Assembly: GCA_030770535.1 (NCBI GenBank) | Contig: JASVEC010000026.1 | Location: 620,001-684,000, forward strand | Source: Batkoa obscura | Lineage: Eukaryota | Direction: 5' to 3' | Length of the DNA: 64,000 nt | Shown here: positions 27,350-39,339 of the stretch, piece after piece | How the letters are laid out: each line of letters opens with the position of its first letter | Numbering within the stretch: the stretch's first letter is position 1 | Translations under genes and position numbers: made by a program | Notes under the pieces: generated by a model | Told to the model about the DNA's origin: nothing | The model's input: the letters and a program-made list of their open reading frames with translations, nothing else | Database searches by the model: none

Positions 27350-28285
27350 ATGGTTAAGCTTAATACTTTAACTTTGATGCTAGTAGGATGGTTGTCTGGT
27401 ACAGCCTTAGCAAAGAATCTCCCCCCAAGAATAGCTAAAAGGGACGTAGGCCCAGGAATAAGTGGGTTCACTTATTCCCCTTACCTAGAATCAGGGTGTA
27501 AAAGCAGTGCTCAGGTAGCCAATGAATTAAAGAGAGTCTCAGAATTAACGGGTAACATTCGTTTATACTCAACCGATTGTGACCAATTGAGCAATGCAAT
27601 CAACGCAATTACTAGTCAGGGTTTAAATCTTAAGATCTTAGCTGGTGTTTGGACTCGTGATGGTGAAGGAAAACGAAATGACGATATTGCCAAAATCAGT
27701 GGATATGCTTCTAAAGATGAATATAAGAGCTTGTTTACTGGTATTTCAGTAGGTAATGAAGAACTTATGAATGGAGGCAATATTGGAGCTGTTATTTCAA
27801 ATATTGAAGCTGCTAAAGCGCAGCTTAGTGGGTTAGGTATTCCAATTGGCTATGCTGAAACTGCTGTAAACCTCAAATCACATCCTGAATTAAATGATAT
27901 ATGTGATAAAATTTATGCTAATATCTATTCTTTCTTTTCACCAAGAGGGGATGGCAATATGGGCAATGCAGCCGAATCCATCATTGCTCAGTACAATGAT
28001 TTATCTAAGCAATTTCCGGATAAAGTTGTTATCTCGGAAGTAGGATGGTCAACTCGCGGACAAGGAAATTACCTTGCTGATCCATCTGAAGAAAACCAAG
28101 CCAACTTTTTACAGAGCTTGATATGCAAAGCTTCTAAAAGTAATATCCCTTATTATATTTTAGAACCATATGATTCTAAATGGAAGTCTCGTGGTGATGA
28201 AGATTCTGTTGAAACACATTTTGGTGTTATGAATGATAACGGAAGTTTTAAATTTGCTGGCTTTAACCCTAATTCACAATGTTAA
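27350..28285 (+). CDS. Secreted GH17 beta-1,3-glucanase/glucanosyltransferase, paralog of 20112-21014
   Basis: Signal peptide, propeptide ending KR; GFTYSPYL, IRLYSTDC, VGNEEL, ISEVGWS, NIPYYILEPYDSKWKS. Confidence 0.92.
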   Translation: MVKLNTLTLMLVGWLSGTALAKNLPPRIAKRDVGPGISGFTYSPYLESGCKSSAQVANELKRVSELTGNIRLYSTDCDQLSNAINAITSQGLNLKILAGVWTRDGEGKRNDDIAKISGYASKDEYKSLFTGISVGNEELMNGGNIGAVISNIEAAKAQLSGLGIPIGYAETAVNLKSHPELNDICDKIYANIYSFFSPRGDGNMGNAAESIIAQYNDLSKQFPDKVVISEVGWSTRGQGNYLADPSEENQANFLQSLICKASKSNIPYYILEPYDSKWKSRGDEDSVETHFGVMNDNGSFKFAGFNPNSQC

Positions 28286-29262
28286 TTTAATTAAAGATAA
28301 ACTTTTCTGAGATTTATGTATTGTTTAATACCAAATTTAAATAAACTTTTATACCAAATAATAGTTATCATGTAACTCAACTATTATATTTTAGTCAAAA
28401 TTTACAACAATCAAAAAACCTATCAGCTAAAACCTATTAAATATCAATAAAAAGAGGGAATTGAGGTTGCAATATTGCTTTCACCAACCTTATTGTTAAT
28501 ATGTACATAATATGATTGAGGGTACTCTGGAATAATTAGTATTTGTAATCCACCATAAAAATAGAATGTATATATTTATCTTCTCATTCCTTAAATTCAT
28601 GTTGGTAAACTTTATAGTAAATTATTTTCTAAATTATTATTGGTAATATAAAGTTTTATTACAAATATGAGGTTCTCAAAGCCCGAAAATTTAAATACAA
28701 GCACAGGATCTTATTATATAAGTTCTAGCTTTTACATCAAGCTCTGATCTGTTCTTTGAAAAAGGGAAATAGAGACTCCATTACTATTGTATCGTGATTA
28801 AGGAAGGTTGTAGTATTTATCTCATCTGCGATTCTTTTCAATTGCAGTGTCATAAATACTAACATTTCGAGTAAAATAGACTCTTCTTTAGCTATAGCAA
28901 AGTCAATAAAAAATGGCAACTTATATTTTAATTTACGATAAATATGTATTATTTTGAATGTTTGATTTATTGAAATGTAACCCTTGATCATTAATACTAA
29001 AAGATACTTTCCTTTTAAAAGAGGTTTAAAATACAAAAGCTGGTCAAAAAGGGAGTTATTCTACACTATTCTGTTTTTTTTCTTGAAATCTAATGCATGG
29101 AGGTTTTGTTTGCCATAATCAAATTTTGTTGAAGTTGACTAACTTTAGGGAAAAAATAAAGAAAGTTCATCTAATCCCTTCTTGCTTCTAGAAGAAGTCA
29201 ATGGATGAAGTGCAAACATTTCACTCCTGACTCCCCAGGGCATTTCTCAACTATTATAACTT

Positions 29263-30200
29263 CTATTTATTCTTTTTTTTTGAGCTTGTATAATCCCAAG
29301 ATCGGCATCGATTCCTAAACCTTTCCCTTCTATTAAGTTCTAGAGATTTTCTTTTAGAATTAGGTATGTCGTGCATTATAGGAAGCTTGACTCTAATTGA
29401 TATATATGGAGCTACCATTGAACTCCAAGACTTTCGATGGCAGGTTAGAACCTCTTCCTGGACTTGTTTGATTTCACTGGCAGCCCTTTCAATATTTGCT
29501 AAATACTCTTCAAGTTGCACCTCTAACTCTTCACTGTCTTGCTTTTTTCTCTCTAAATCCGCCATTAGCTTATCATGATAAGATTTTACTTCCTCCAAAA
29601 TCCCATTTTCCTAAAGCTAAATTAGTGGATATGTTAATTACTTAATTGGTGTCTTACGTTTTGCTCTAATTTTTCTATGGTTAACTTATTGCCAATAATT
29701 TGTAAAAATAATCGAAGGGAAACTATCATCAGATCAATAGATGACATTAAGGTATAGGGATTTCTAATTTCATTAATCCCAATGATTATGATGGATAATA
29801 ATAGAATACAATCTATTCCAGACAAAACCTTGTTATAAAGTTTTATCTTGGTGATCGATAATGCTCTTAAAATAGTTTCGATAACAAATGCGCCTAAGAA
29901 TGGTGCTTTTAATATCGCACAAACTATTTGTATATATCTTTTGTTTTCTTTCAAATTTCTTCCATTAGGAGATAAAATCGAATCTAAATTTTTAGTTTGA
30001 TAAATAAACTATACAATGTATCTACCTAAAGCAATTCCAATAAACAAAGTAGTTAAATAAATAACTGTAATAAACGCAGATTTGTAATAAAAGTTATAAG
30101 TATCAATAACTTTAAGCGCTCTAAATTGCAACTTTTCATACATTGTTAATTGTTCATAATCTTCTGGGTTAATCTCATTATAAAATCCATTGTACACCAT
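29263..30200 (-). CDS. 4-TM voltage-sensor-like domain plus C-terminal coiled coil (degenerate Hv1-like), 3 exons
   Basis: ORFs 30009-30200, 29634-29954 and 29263-29598 separated by short GT-AG introns; S2-like FVIETILR, S3-like GIDCILL, S4-like IVSLRLFLQIIG, then heptad-rich E/K/L helix. Confidence 0.55.
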
Positions 30201-30387
30201 TTTTTATAAGTATAAGAAAATAGTAAATAACATACTTAGTTTAAATAGACCATCCTTAAATTAGTTGTTGATCTTTTACAACCTTAAAATTGTCCTTAAT
30301 TTAATTTATGGTCAAACGGCTTTTGGATATTGCCATCAAACATTGCTAAAATTAAATCTCATTTAAGGAATTTTTTTCCTTAAATAC

Positions 30388-30494
30388 ATATAAGGATGTT
30401 TTTTTTGACTTCATTACTTTTTCCATCTTTTAAGCACTATTTGAGTGGAAAAATTGTTAGTAGAATTCTTAAACAGAAAAATACATCCCCATAT
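30388..30494 (+). mobile_element. MITE family A copy
   Basis: Both TIRs, ATAT flanks. Confidence 0.85.
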
Positions 30495-31665
30495 AAAGTT
30501 TACTGCCAATTGTTTTATAAACTATTTTGTTTGATCACCAGTAATGTTTAAAATTAAGAGTTTTAGTTGCCATTAAACTCTTGTAATAGTTGAAATTACC
30601 TTGAGTTGTATAGCTATTTTAAGAATTTACAGTTAAAGATTGAAAGTTGTTGAAATTTGCCTCCAAATAATGTTCTTTGCTCATTGAGTTTATGTAAAAA
30701 TACCCCAAATAAAATTTATTATTTGGATAGCATCACTTTACACCACCCTTTGTTGTGAGGAAATACTAAGCAATATCGGACGTTTAACTGATATAAATTA
30801 AGGATTTGTATAAATAAAATTATAAATGAAGTTGAAACATAACTCTTAAAGCCATGTAAATCTAAATAGCTAACAGAACAACATTATTTTATAATGTAAA
30901 TAGATCGTTTCCCTCAATTATTTAATTATACAGTAAAAAAACGAAAAATTGTTTGTAATTAAATTCGGTAATAAAAGATAAAGATTTGATATTTAATTAG
31001 ATTCAAAAAATACTCAGTAACTACCCAATATTAAATTATTAAAGAATAAGGATATGTATATTGGGTAAGTTTAAAAGCTTGGTTAAAATTAAGAATAAAA
31101 TTTTCCGATTTTACTTTTTTAGTCCATTTTCTGTAGCGTGAAATTTCGAAAAAAATATCTATTTGATATTGGGCAAAAAACACTCCTATACAACTAATAT
31201 TAAAATTAAGCAAAAAGTAACTATTTTTGTAGCACTTGGTGCTTGATTCACAATTTTTGCTAAAACTCAAAATAGATAAAATTTGAACCGAGTTTTTAAA
31301 CTAATATATATATAAAAAAACATATTAATAAAGAGTCAAGGGTCGGTCAGGTTTAATCATGATTGAATCGAGTATAATAAATTAATTACAAAGAAAAGTT
31401 TAATATAAGTTAAACCGGTATAATAATAAAATTGGATCAATATTATAATAGTAATTACCCCTGAAAGAGAGAATATTTAAGCCAGAGGTAAAGCTAGTTA
31501 AATAAATTTAAAAATAAATATTTCTTTATAATCAAAATAAGTTGATTTCCTTTGTATTGAAATATATGATTTCAATTATAAAGAAAATAGTATATAAATC
31601 AATCGAAATCTGATTAAAGTTCTAAGATATCTGAAATAGTTAGAATAATACTTAATAGTTAGATC

Positions 31666-32352
31666 ATGATGAATAGCGAAAAGAAAAAGCATATACCTAG
31701 GCCAAAAAATTGCTTTATGACTTATCGCCAAGCTAAAATGGAAGACATATTAAAAGCACATGGCAAAATAAATAATAAAGATATCTCAAAGCTGGCCGGA
31801 GAGATGTGGAATCAAGAACCAGAGATTATCAAAGAACATTTTAGAAAATTAGCAGAGTTGGGAAAAATAGAACATGCTAAAAAATACCCAAACTATAAAT
31901 ATTGTCCACGTAAAAATCAATCAAACACTAAAAAGAAATACAATCAAAATAAAGAAAATCAACTAATTCAAACCATCGATTACCATCATCCGGAATGTTT
32001 AGTAAACAACATGGAATATGAGCATAAATTGTATAAACTCTTACATACTCAAGAATTATTTACCAATTCCTATGTACCTATGCAGCCTTATGCTCCTTAT
32101 AACGAAGCTTTTATGGACAACAGCTGTATGGTGAATTACGTTTCAGAAGATGTATTCAACCAATATATTAATGTAGAATTATTAGACAACAATTTAGAAG
32201 TTAGAAGCGAAACTTCAAGTGATAGCTATCTTTACCCTTATCCCTATTTATCAACCTCAAACTCTGTACCTCTCTCAAATCAAGATGAAATAGTCCAATA
32301 TTATTCACCTAATTTATTGAATCATAATAGTTACATGTTAAATTATTACTAA
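31666..32352 (+). CDS. MATA_HMG-box transcription factor, intronless
   Basis: HIPRPKNCFMTYR...NKDISKLAGEMW..EP...F..LA...K.EH.KKYPNYKYCPRK. Confidence 0.92.
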   Translation: MMNSEKKKHIPRPKNCFMTYRQAKMEDILKAHGKINNKDISKLAGEMWNQEPEIIKEHFRKLAELGKIEHAKKYPNYKYCPRKNQSNTKKKYNQNKENQLIQTIDYHHPECLVNNMEYEHKLYKLLHTQELFTNSYVPMQPYAPYNEAFMDNSCMVNYVSEDVFNQYINVELLDNNLEVRSETSSDSYLYPYPYLSTSNSVPLSNQDEIVQYYSPNLLNHNSYMLNYY

Positions 32353-32746
32353 AGCTTATTAAATAAAGATTCATATGTGATACAGCTTATTGACATTTAA
32401 TGTTAAACTTCATTTTTTAGACTATAACTAAAAATAGCAAATATTTATACATCATCCTTTATTAAGCTTAGTCTTTAAATTAGCTTGAAAATATTGGTTA
32501 ATTTATCATTAAAAATATATTTATAGATAACACAGTTAGTTATAAATAGGTGCAAGTGATCCTAAAAGATACTAGAGTTATTTTTAATTTATTCTTTAAC
32601 TTTATAATAATTTAAATCGATTATGACAAAATACTATTTTTATGATTATGTAATACTAGTATTTTTTAATTGAATAAAATTCGAGTTTTAATTTTAAACT
32701 AAAACAGGCAGTTGTAAAGTTTACAGCTCAAAGTTCTTAAATTAGG

Positions 32747-33112
32747 TTGAAAATTTCAACTTTTTATAGAAGTGTAGGCCAAAAGCAGGCCAAGGTATGA
32801 GAAACTCTAACATTTTAATCATCATTAAAAAAAATACCGCAAGCTATTAGGCTTTCCCTTATACCCTGTTGCGAAAATTCAACCCTAAAAAAGGTAATGG
32901 TTTTGACTAAAACAGTAATAGCATTGCAGGAAATAGCTTTACTATTGCAACCTGTTACCGTCACTGAAGAGTTCAATAAAATTATTCACTTTCGCGAGAT
33001 ATACAGGAAAGCCTAATATCAAAATTTTGAACTTTGGGCTTTCTTTTTTCACCAATTTCAAAGTTCTTGCTCAACTTTTGTAGACCACCTTATACAGCTG
33101 TTGAAATTCAAA
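32747..33112. repeat. Degenerate ~370-bp foldback element
   Basis: TATTAGGCTTTCC..TATA..GCGAAA (~32846) pairs with TTTCGCGAGATATACAGGAAAGCCTAATA (~32990-33018); weaker outer arms TTGAAAATTTCAAC / GTTGAAATTCAA. Confidence 0.45.
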
Positions 33113-33861
33113 TATGCAATTTCTAACAAATTAAATTAAACATAAACCAGGTATTTATATTTTGCATTTAATAAGTTTATTTATTACAATCTTTTATTTT
33201 TATATATTGTGCAAATACAATATATAAATGCCCGATTTATGTTTAAATTTAATTTGGTAAAAAAGTTACACATCTGAATTTTAATAGCTGTAAATCCCAC
33301 TTTGTTTACTCACTTAATAACCTGGGAGCTAACTTTGATCATTTCCTACTCTATACCTCAAATGATTAAACATTTGGTATAAAGGCTCCTTCAAGTTTGT
33401 TAGGTACCTTTATGTCGTTACTAAAAATTGAAGGTTTTTTCTAAGTGACTATTCTCTTTGTTTTTATTAAATAAATGCGCTTGCCATGAGAGATTCGGAT
33501 TTTTCTTTAATGTTGAATAAACTGGAAAATTTATATATAATATTGAATTAGGAATGGCTTTGTCTATTTACAAAGATATTAATATGTTTGAATAGTTAAT
33601 AATGGGCCTTGGTTACTATGGCTATTGGAAACACCCCTCTCCCATACAAACTCCACAACCTTGAGCCATAAAGTCTTATCTCTTCTAAAGTTTTTTTTAA
33701 GTAAACCAAGTTTCCCCATGAATGTGTAATCAAAAAAAGCGACAGAACATCAAATGTTATTCAATATATAATAAAATAGCATGTTTTATATAGGTAACTC
33801 AATTAGTTAAAATGTTACTTTAATGAGAAATGTATATTTCAAACTAAATGATAGATCTCTA

Positions 33862-33939
33862 TTATGGTTCGTGACGTATCCTTTATAAAAATCTTATAAT
33901 GTCATAATATTATTATAAAGGATATATCACGAACTATAA
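33862..33939. repeat. 78-bp hairpin (36-bp arms, 6-nt loop)
   Basis: TTATGGTTCGTGACGTATCCTTTATAAAAATCTTAT vs reverse complement of right arm TTATAGTTCGTGATATATCCTTTATAATAATATTAT (5 differences). Confidence 0.8.
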
Positions 33940-34104
33940 CGATTGTTAAAGAGCGTTTAGGTAAAAAAAATTCCTCAAAAAGTGTGAGCACTATGTGTTT
34001 GACATGGTAAAAAAAACAAAGGGAGCCAATAGTCTACAGGGCTGTAAGTAAGAGAATCATGCTGAAAGACACATTTTTTAAAGTCGAGCATTTTACAGAT
34101 TATT

Positions 34105-34211
34105 ATATGTAGGTATTTTTTTTGGCTTCATCACTTTTTCCATCTTTTAAGCGCTATTTGAGTAGAAAAATTGTTAGTAAAATTCTTAAACACAAAAATA
34201 CATATCCATAT
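34105..34211 (+). mobile_element. MITE family A copy
   Basis: Both TIRs, ATAT flanks. Confidence 0.85.
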
Positions 34212-34497
34212 AATGACTGAAATTATTTTATGATTCTAGAAAGACTGCTTGAATCACCACCATCTATAGGCTTTTGATGAGATGTTGCCCGTCACAAATC
34301 TTGATTGTGTATCGTTACTTTTATTGCTTTATCTAATATCAACATCAATAAAACTAAACATTGTCATCTGTATAAATAAAATTCAACAATTTTAGTTCAA
34401 TTTTAGATTAAAATATTTAGGCAGTTAATATTTAGTTTAAGAAACAATAAAATAAAAAATAAAAATAAAACAAGGGTTATATCTACATATTTATACA

Positions 34498-35892
34498 TTA
34501 TTTACAAAGTTCAGTACTAAGGATAAGGGAGTATTCCAAGGCAGCAAAGGCGGTGGCACCAATAGCACCCTGACTATTTGTCGAGTTAGCCATCTCAAAA
34601 GCTTTAAAGTAGTAACTATTAGCTTCAAGGAATAAATGGGAGTTAATAAAAGCATGTTTTGCAGCTTCACGTAAATGGATGGATGTTTGTGGAATATTGC
34701 GTAATTGCTGTAATCCAACATGATAACAATAGGCAGAGGAAACTGAGGTGACTAAATACAAGATTTTTTGGTCCATTTCATCAGATGAGAAGTTCCAAAG
34801 CAAATCGGTTATTTCTAAAGCCATATTTTGTCTTTCTATCATGGTTGGAAAAACTTCTTTGAGAAAATTTATCAAATAACGGATTTGGACATTAGTAATT
34901 AGTTGAGTCCTTTCAGAATATTCTATTAAGCGCTTTTCAAAATCTTCAATCATTTTTTGTCTCAATGGTGGGGAATTCTTCATGTTTAAAATAGCATTGT
35001 TCAATTCAGGGGAACTCATTATATTTACATTAGGTTTGTTTTGTTTTACAGAATCCATTATATTTACATTGATTTGATTTTGTGATCCAGAATTCATTAT
35101 ATTTACATTGGTTTGTGTTTCAATTGGGATCTTGGCATAGTATGAAGGTTGAGTTGCTCCGTGCGATAAATGTATGTTGTTATGTTCCTCATTTGAGACG
35201 TTGGAATAATAAACGGATGGAGTTACTTGATGAGATAAATGTACATGATTTTGAACTTCAATTGAGGCACTATTGTAGTAAGTAGATGGGTTTACACTAT
35301 GAGGCAAATGTACATGGTTTGGTGTCACTAGGTTAGTGGCGTTGTCTATATAATAATGTTGTAAAGAGGTTGGAGAATAATCATTAGTGTTGCTTTCCAT
35401 ATAATGGTAATTTGACATATACCCTGACCCAACGTTGGATGGGATGTAGGTATCCGCGTGATTTAAAAAGGATAAATGGGGAACAAAGGGGGCTGAGTTT
35501 GATTGGTTTGCCCAAAGCTCCTGTTGCATAGAAGTTTGGTAGAACTGAGAATTTGCAGATAAAGGAGTGACTGGACTAGTTTGACCACTAAGTCTAGGCT
35601 GGATATTAGGTAACGTAGCATTAGTCTTTATTGGAGCTAGCTTACTGCCTTTCTTCTCTTTCTTTACCTTAGTAACCCCAGTACGTTTACCTCCTTTAGG
35701 ACCTCTTTTTAAGACTGGAGTAGTAAAAGCGCAATGTGTATCCTTTACTACACACATATGACAAACTCCACCACTATATATACACTTAGTTTTCCTCTTT
35801 TGACACATATCACATGCTCTTTTGGCATCCTGAGTCTTGTCGTATTTCTTTTTTGTTTTAGACAAAGTATTTTTGCGAATAACGTCGGGCAT
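34498..35892 (-). CDS. Zn(II)2Cys6 fungal transcription factor with internal tandem peptide repeats
   Basis: RACDMCQKRKTKC...VCHMCVVKDTHCAF..KRGPK; likely start is the ATG at 35892 (MPDVIRK), although the ORF track extends to 35964. Confidence 0.9.
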   Translation of the reverse strand: MPDVIRKNTLSKTKKKYDKTQDAKRACDMCQKRKTKCIYSGGVCHMCVVKDTHCAFTTPVLKRGPKGGKRTGVTKVKKEKKGSKLAPIKTNATLPNIQPRLSGQTSPVTPLSANSQFYQTSMQQELWANQSNSAPFVPHLSFLNHADTYIPSNVGSGYMSNYHYMESNTNDYSPTSLQHYYIDNATNLVTPNHVHLPHSVNPSTYYNSASIEVQNHVHLSHQVTPSVYYSNVSNEEHNNIHLSHGATQPSYYAKIPIETQTNVNIMNSGSQNQINVNIMDSVKQNKPNVNIMSSPELNNAILNMKNSPPLRQKMIEDFEKRLIEYSERTQLITNVQIRYLINFLKEVFPTMIERQNMALEITDLLWNFSSDEMDQKILYLVTSVSSAYCYHVGLQQLRNIPQTSIHLREAAKHAFINSHLFLEANSYYFKAFEMANSTNSQGAIGATAFAALEYSLILSTELCK

Positions 35893-38671
35893 ATTAATAA
35901 GTAGACGATTGCGTCGGAAACTAAAAATTAAACCAAATTCAACAAATTTAATGACAAAATTCAAACCCTCTTTTATTTATAGACTTGAATTTTTTTTTTG
36001 CTTTTATCTCAAAATTATGATGCTTGAGAACAATGTCATTAACTTATTAAGAATAAAAGGAACCAAAATTACTGTTAACAAGTTTATTCTTATATAATAA
36101 CTCTTTGAAAAATATCGAATTTTTTAAAAAAGGAGGTAGAAAAAAATCAGTTTTAGCTCTAATTAAAATATAAATAGACCAACAATACCTAGGCCTGATT
36201 TTGTTCAAAAACAATAAAAGGAGATAATATTATAAAGTAAAAACGTTTTATCAAAAGTTATTAGATCTCATCTACTCATCTTAGCTTTTTGTGTTCTAAA
36301 TAGGTGTATCACACTTTCATTGAGCCTTAATTCCTGTACTTCCAAATCTTATCTTATATTCGCAATTATTCCGTGGTCACGAAGAACTATGAAAACACGG
36401 AAAATCATAAGTAATTGAGCCAACTTTGGGGGAAAATCAAACGGAGTAATATTTTTAGCCAATTATAAGCTACAACAAGCGGATTAATTAAAGAAGATAA
36501 TTTTCAGTACCCGTCCCTGTATCTGATAGTTAAGAGATCACCTTATTTTGGAATAAAAAGTGGTAAGAGTTTAAAGTGGATCGTTGATAAAATGTTAGAT
36601 TGGTAGATGGTCGATGGTTATATTTAATATTCAAATTGACTTATTAGTGTTTTAATACAAAGAACATGAACTATTAATAAAAGTACCTTTTGAAGTTCTC
36701 GATAACTTATTAAATTGATTTTGAAAAAAGACTGACTGTAGTGTTTTGATGAACAAGTACTTATATGTATTATTGAAATTAGCAATGATCAGTCATCTAT
36801 CGTAATACATATCGGCGCGTGAGATACTTCAAACACTTTGATAAGGCTATTTAAATACTTTGAGTTTAAAACAGTAAAGCTATATAGCGCAATATTTACT
36901 ATATCTATAGGTAAATATATTTTTTAAGGATTTCATCAATTAAAGTGTTTCACAAAATAGTTTTATTAAATTTAATGTCTTAAAGTTTCTACAGGATTTT
37001 TAATGAAACATGGTTACCCTAGACTTTTTGAATACGCTGTTATGTGGGTCATCAAGACCCTTAAATAATATTAAAATTATTTAATAACTCGTCATTAGTA
37101 AACAACAAGTATGATAAAAATATTAAGCTTTAAAGTATAATAATTTAGTTTTTGAAATTTTAAAATTTTTAAAATAAAAATCAAGTTATTAATCAACAAT
37201 TTTAATAAATGTTAGTTTATAAAAATAAAGATATTCTAAAAATATTCATTATTCTATTTTGTTTGTAATTGATATAGAACGCAGAGGTAAGCAACACGAC
37301 CTTTAATAATAGGGAGTGTATTTGGCTTTTTATATGAATTTTATTAAAAGCAAAGATATTGCTTTCAATGGTATCGTATGAATTTATATTCCTAATAATA
37401 TATTGCCTTAAAATATCATATATTCGGCTTTACAAATAATTTAATGATAATATCAGATCATTATAAAGGTAACAAAATGTTTTTATTTACAAATCTGGCA
37501 AACTTACAGGGATTTTAGAACCTAAAATAATTCTTGAGGCACTCAAAGATTAATGTAATATTATTTAAAGTAACTTCACATAAATGTTGATTAGCATAAT
37601 AATAGTAAACTTCTTTATACATTATTCTCATTAAAATGTAAATTATTTTTATTAAATTAATAATAATAATGATTTAGCGCTCTTAAGCTTTTTACCTCTT
37701 TTAAACTTTCACCTTTATCATGGTTTGTGGGTTATAGGTCAGTTATAAAACCTTTATGCTTTATAGCACAAAATGTTGATTTTAGCTCTTTCTTTCGATT
37801 GCTCTTCTTAAATGACTTTCTTTGATAAGATATGGATTTGGGCTTTTTATAACGTCTAAAAGCCACACTTAAATGGTGAGAAAGCGCTATTCTCCGATGT
37901 TTTTCAGAATTTAAATTTGTATTTCTAATAAATATAAAAAATTGTTCTTGAAATAAGTTAAAATTTTACATGGTGCTTCTTTTGGTTAATCAATTTTCTC
38001 CCTTTCTACTTTTCTCACGTAAATAAATCTACTGCTAGCCTTTTGGTTTATCAAATATTTTAGAAATAATATAATTTTAAAATTTTACATTGTTATTGGA
38101 TTTAGGTTATAGCAAAATAAAGATGGCTGCTGTATAAGCTTAATATAAAGGCTACAGACTTAAGGTTTATTTTATTTATATGCGATTTTCTAAGAAAATA
38201 CAACCGCTACTTTGATTAAGGAAAGTTAAATGTATGAAGTTCAGATTCCTTACATTTAACAGTGTGTCAACAAAATTCTACATTATCCGTAATATAGAGC
38301 AAGTAATGTATTTTTTGTTTTAACATAGTTTGCTATGAAACCACAGTGCCTCAAAAGGTTCAAAATTTTAAAGGTCTTTATTTTTTTAAATGTGTACATT
38401 TAAATGCTTCATAGGCTTTTGCTAAGAAAATATAAAAATAATTTATCAAATAACGAATTTCATGTCACCATTTTAACAATTTTAAAATTGAAATGTTGCA
38501 AATTGTCCAGTTTTAAATTGCGCAAGTGATTTTCATTTTGCCCACTAGTTCTTATATTATTGGATTAGATTAGCAAAGACTACATTTTGAAAATGATGAC
38601 AAAGTATTGATAAAATGCTAGCCACTTCGTTGTTGTTTTTTGTTTCATACTACTTCTTAAGATAGCTAAAG

Positions 38672-39339
38672 ATGATTAATAGAAGGATTTCCAATGGACT
38701 AAAAGATATATCTAGAGGATATAGTAACAAAATAGACTCAAGGGAATATTTTTATTTTATTGATGTTCATGGTCAGCTATTTTTAATGGATACGAAACCA
38801 AAGAATTTCACAACTTGTAAGTTTAGATTATAGTAATTATTCAATGTTTTAATATTTTTATTTAGGTTTTAAAGATATAAAATTTCTAAACTTCTTTTTC
38901 AGAAGATTAACTGTAAATAATTTAAAAGATCCGACTGAATATCCTTATTTAAGTCCATGTGGTAAGGAGTTTAATTTCATAAAAGTAGAAGATACGCCGA
39001 TTGTTTTTAAGGACATAGATGAGCAAGGTACTTAACTTTTACTATGTTTTATTTTATTAAAATATCGAAGGAAATTTAATTTGGGGAGGCGATTTAAAAT
39101 TTCCAATGGACCCTAAAAAATTATATGTTTCTAAAAGTAATGGAAGAGTGTATCATAATTCTCCTTTAGTCTCATTAATTAAAGACCAAAACATGGTATC
39201 AATTCATCGAAATCATAAGCTTGCTCTATTGAAATCATCCTTAATATTATCAAAACTTGTAGACAGTTTGGATTTAGATGCTGGTGTTTATAAAGATTCT
39301 AGTACTAATCAAAAATTTAATCTCAATGTTGTTGAGTAA
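38672..39339 (+). CDS. UPF0598/C8orf82-like (DUF4505) protein, 3 exons
   Basis: MINRRIS...REYFYFIDVHGQLFL.DTK.KNFTT / FKD.KFL.FFF.RL...YPYLSPCG.E.NF....DTPIVF / F..DP..L....NGRVYH. Confidence 0.85.

Noticed and set aside
28737..29036. 99-aa minus-strand ORF downstream of the voltage-sensor-like gene
   Set aside because: No ATG start, no recognisable motif, and I could not splice it convincingly to the upstream gene
37700..37885. Weak inverted similarity (TCACC..GTGG..GTTATAAAA)
   Set aside because: Too gapped to distinguish from chance by eye
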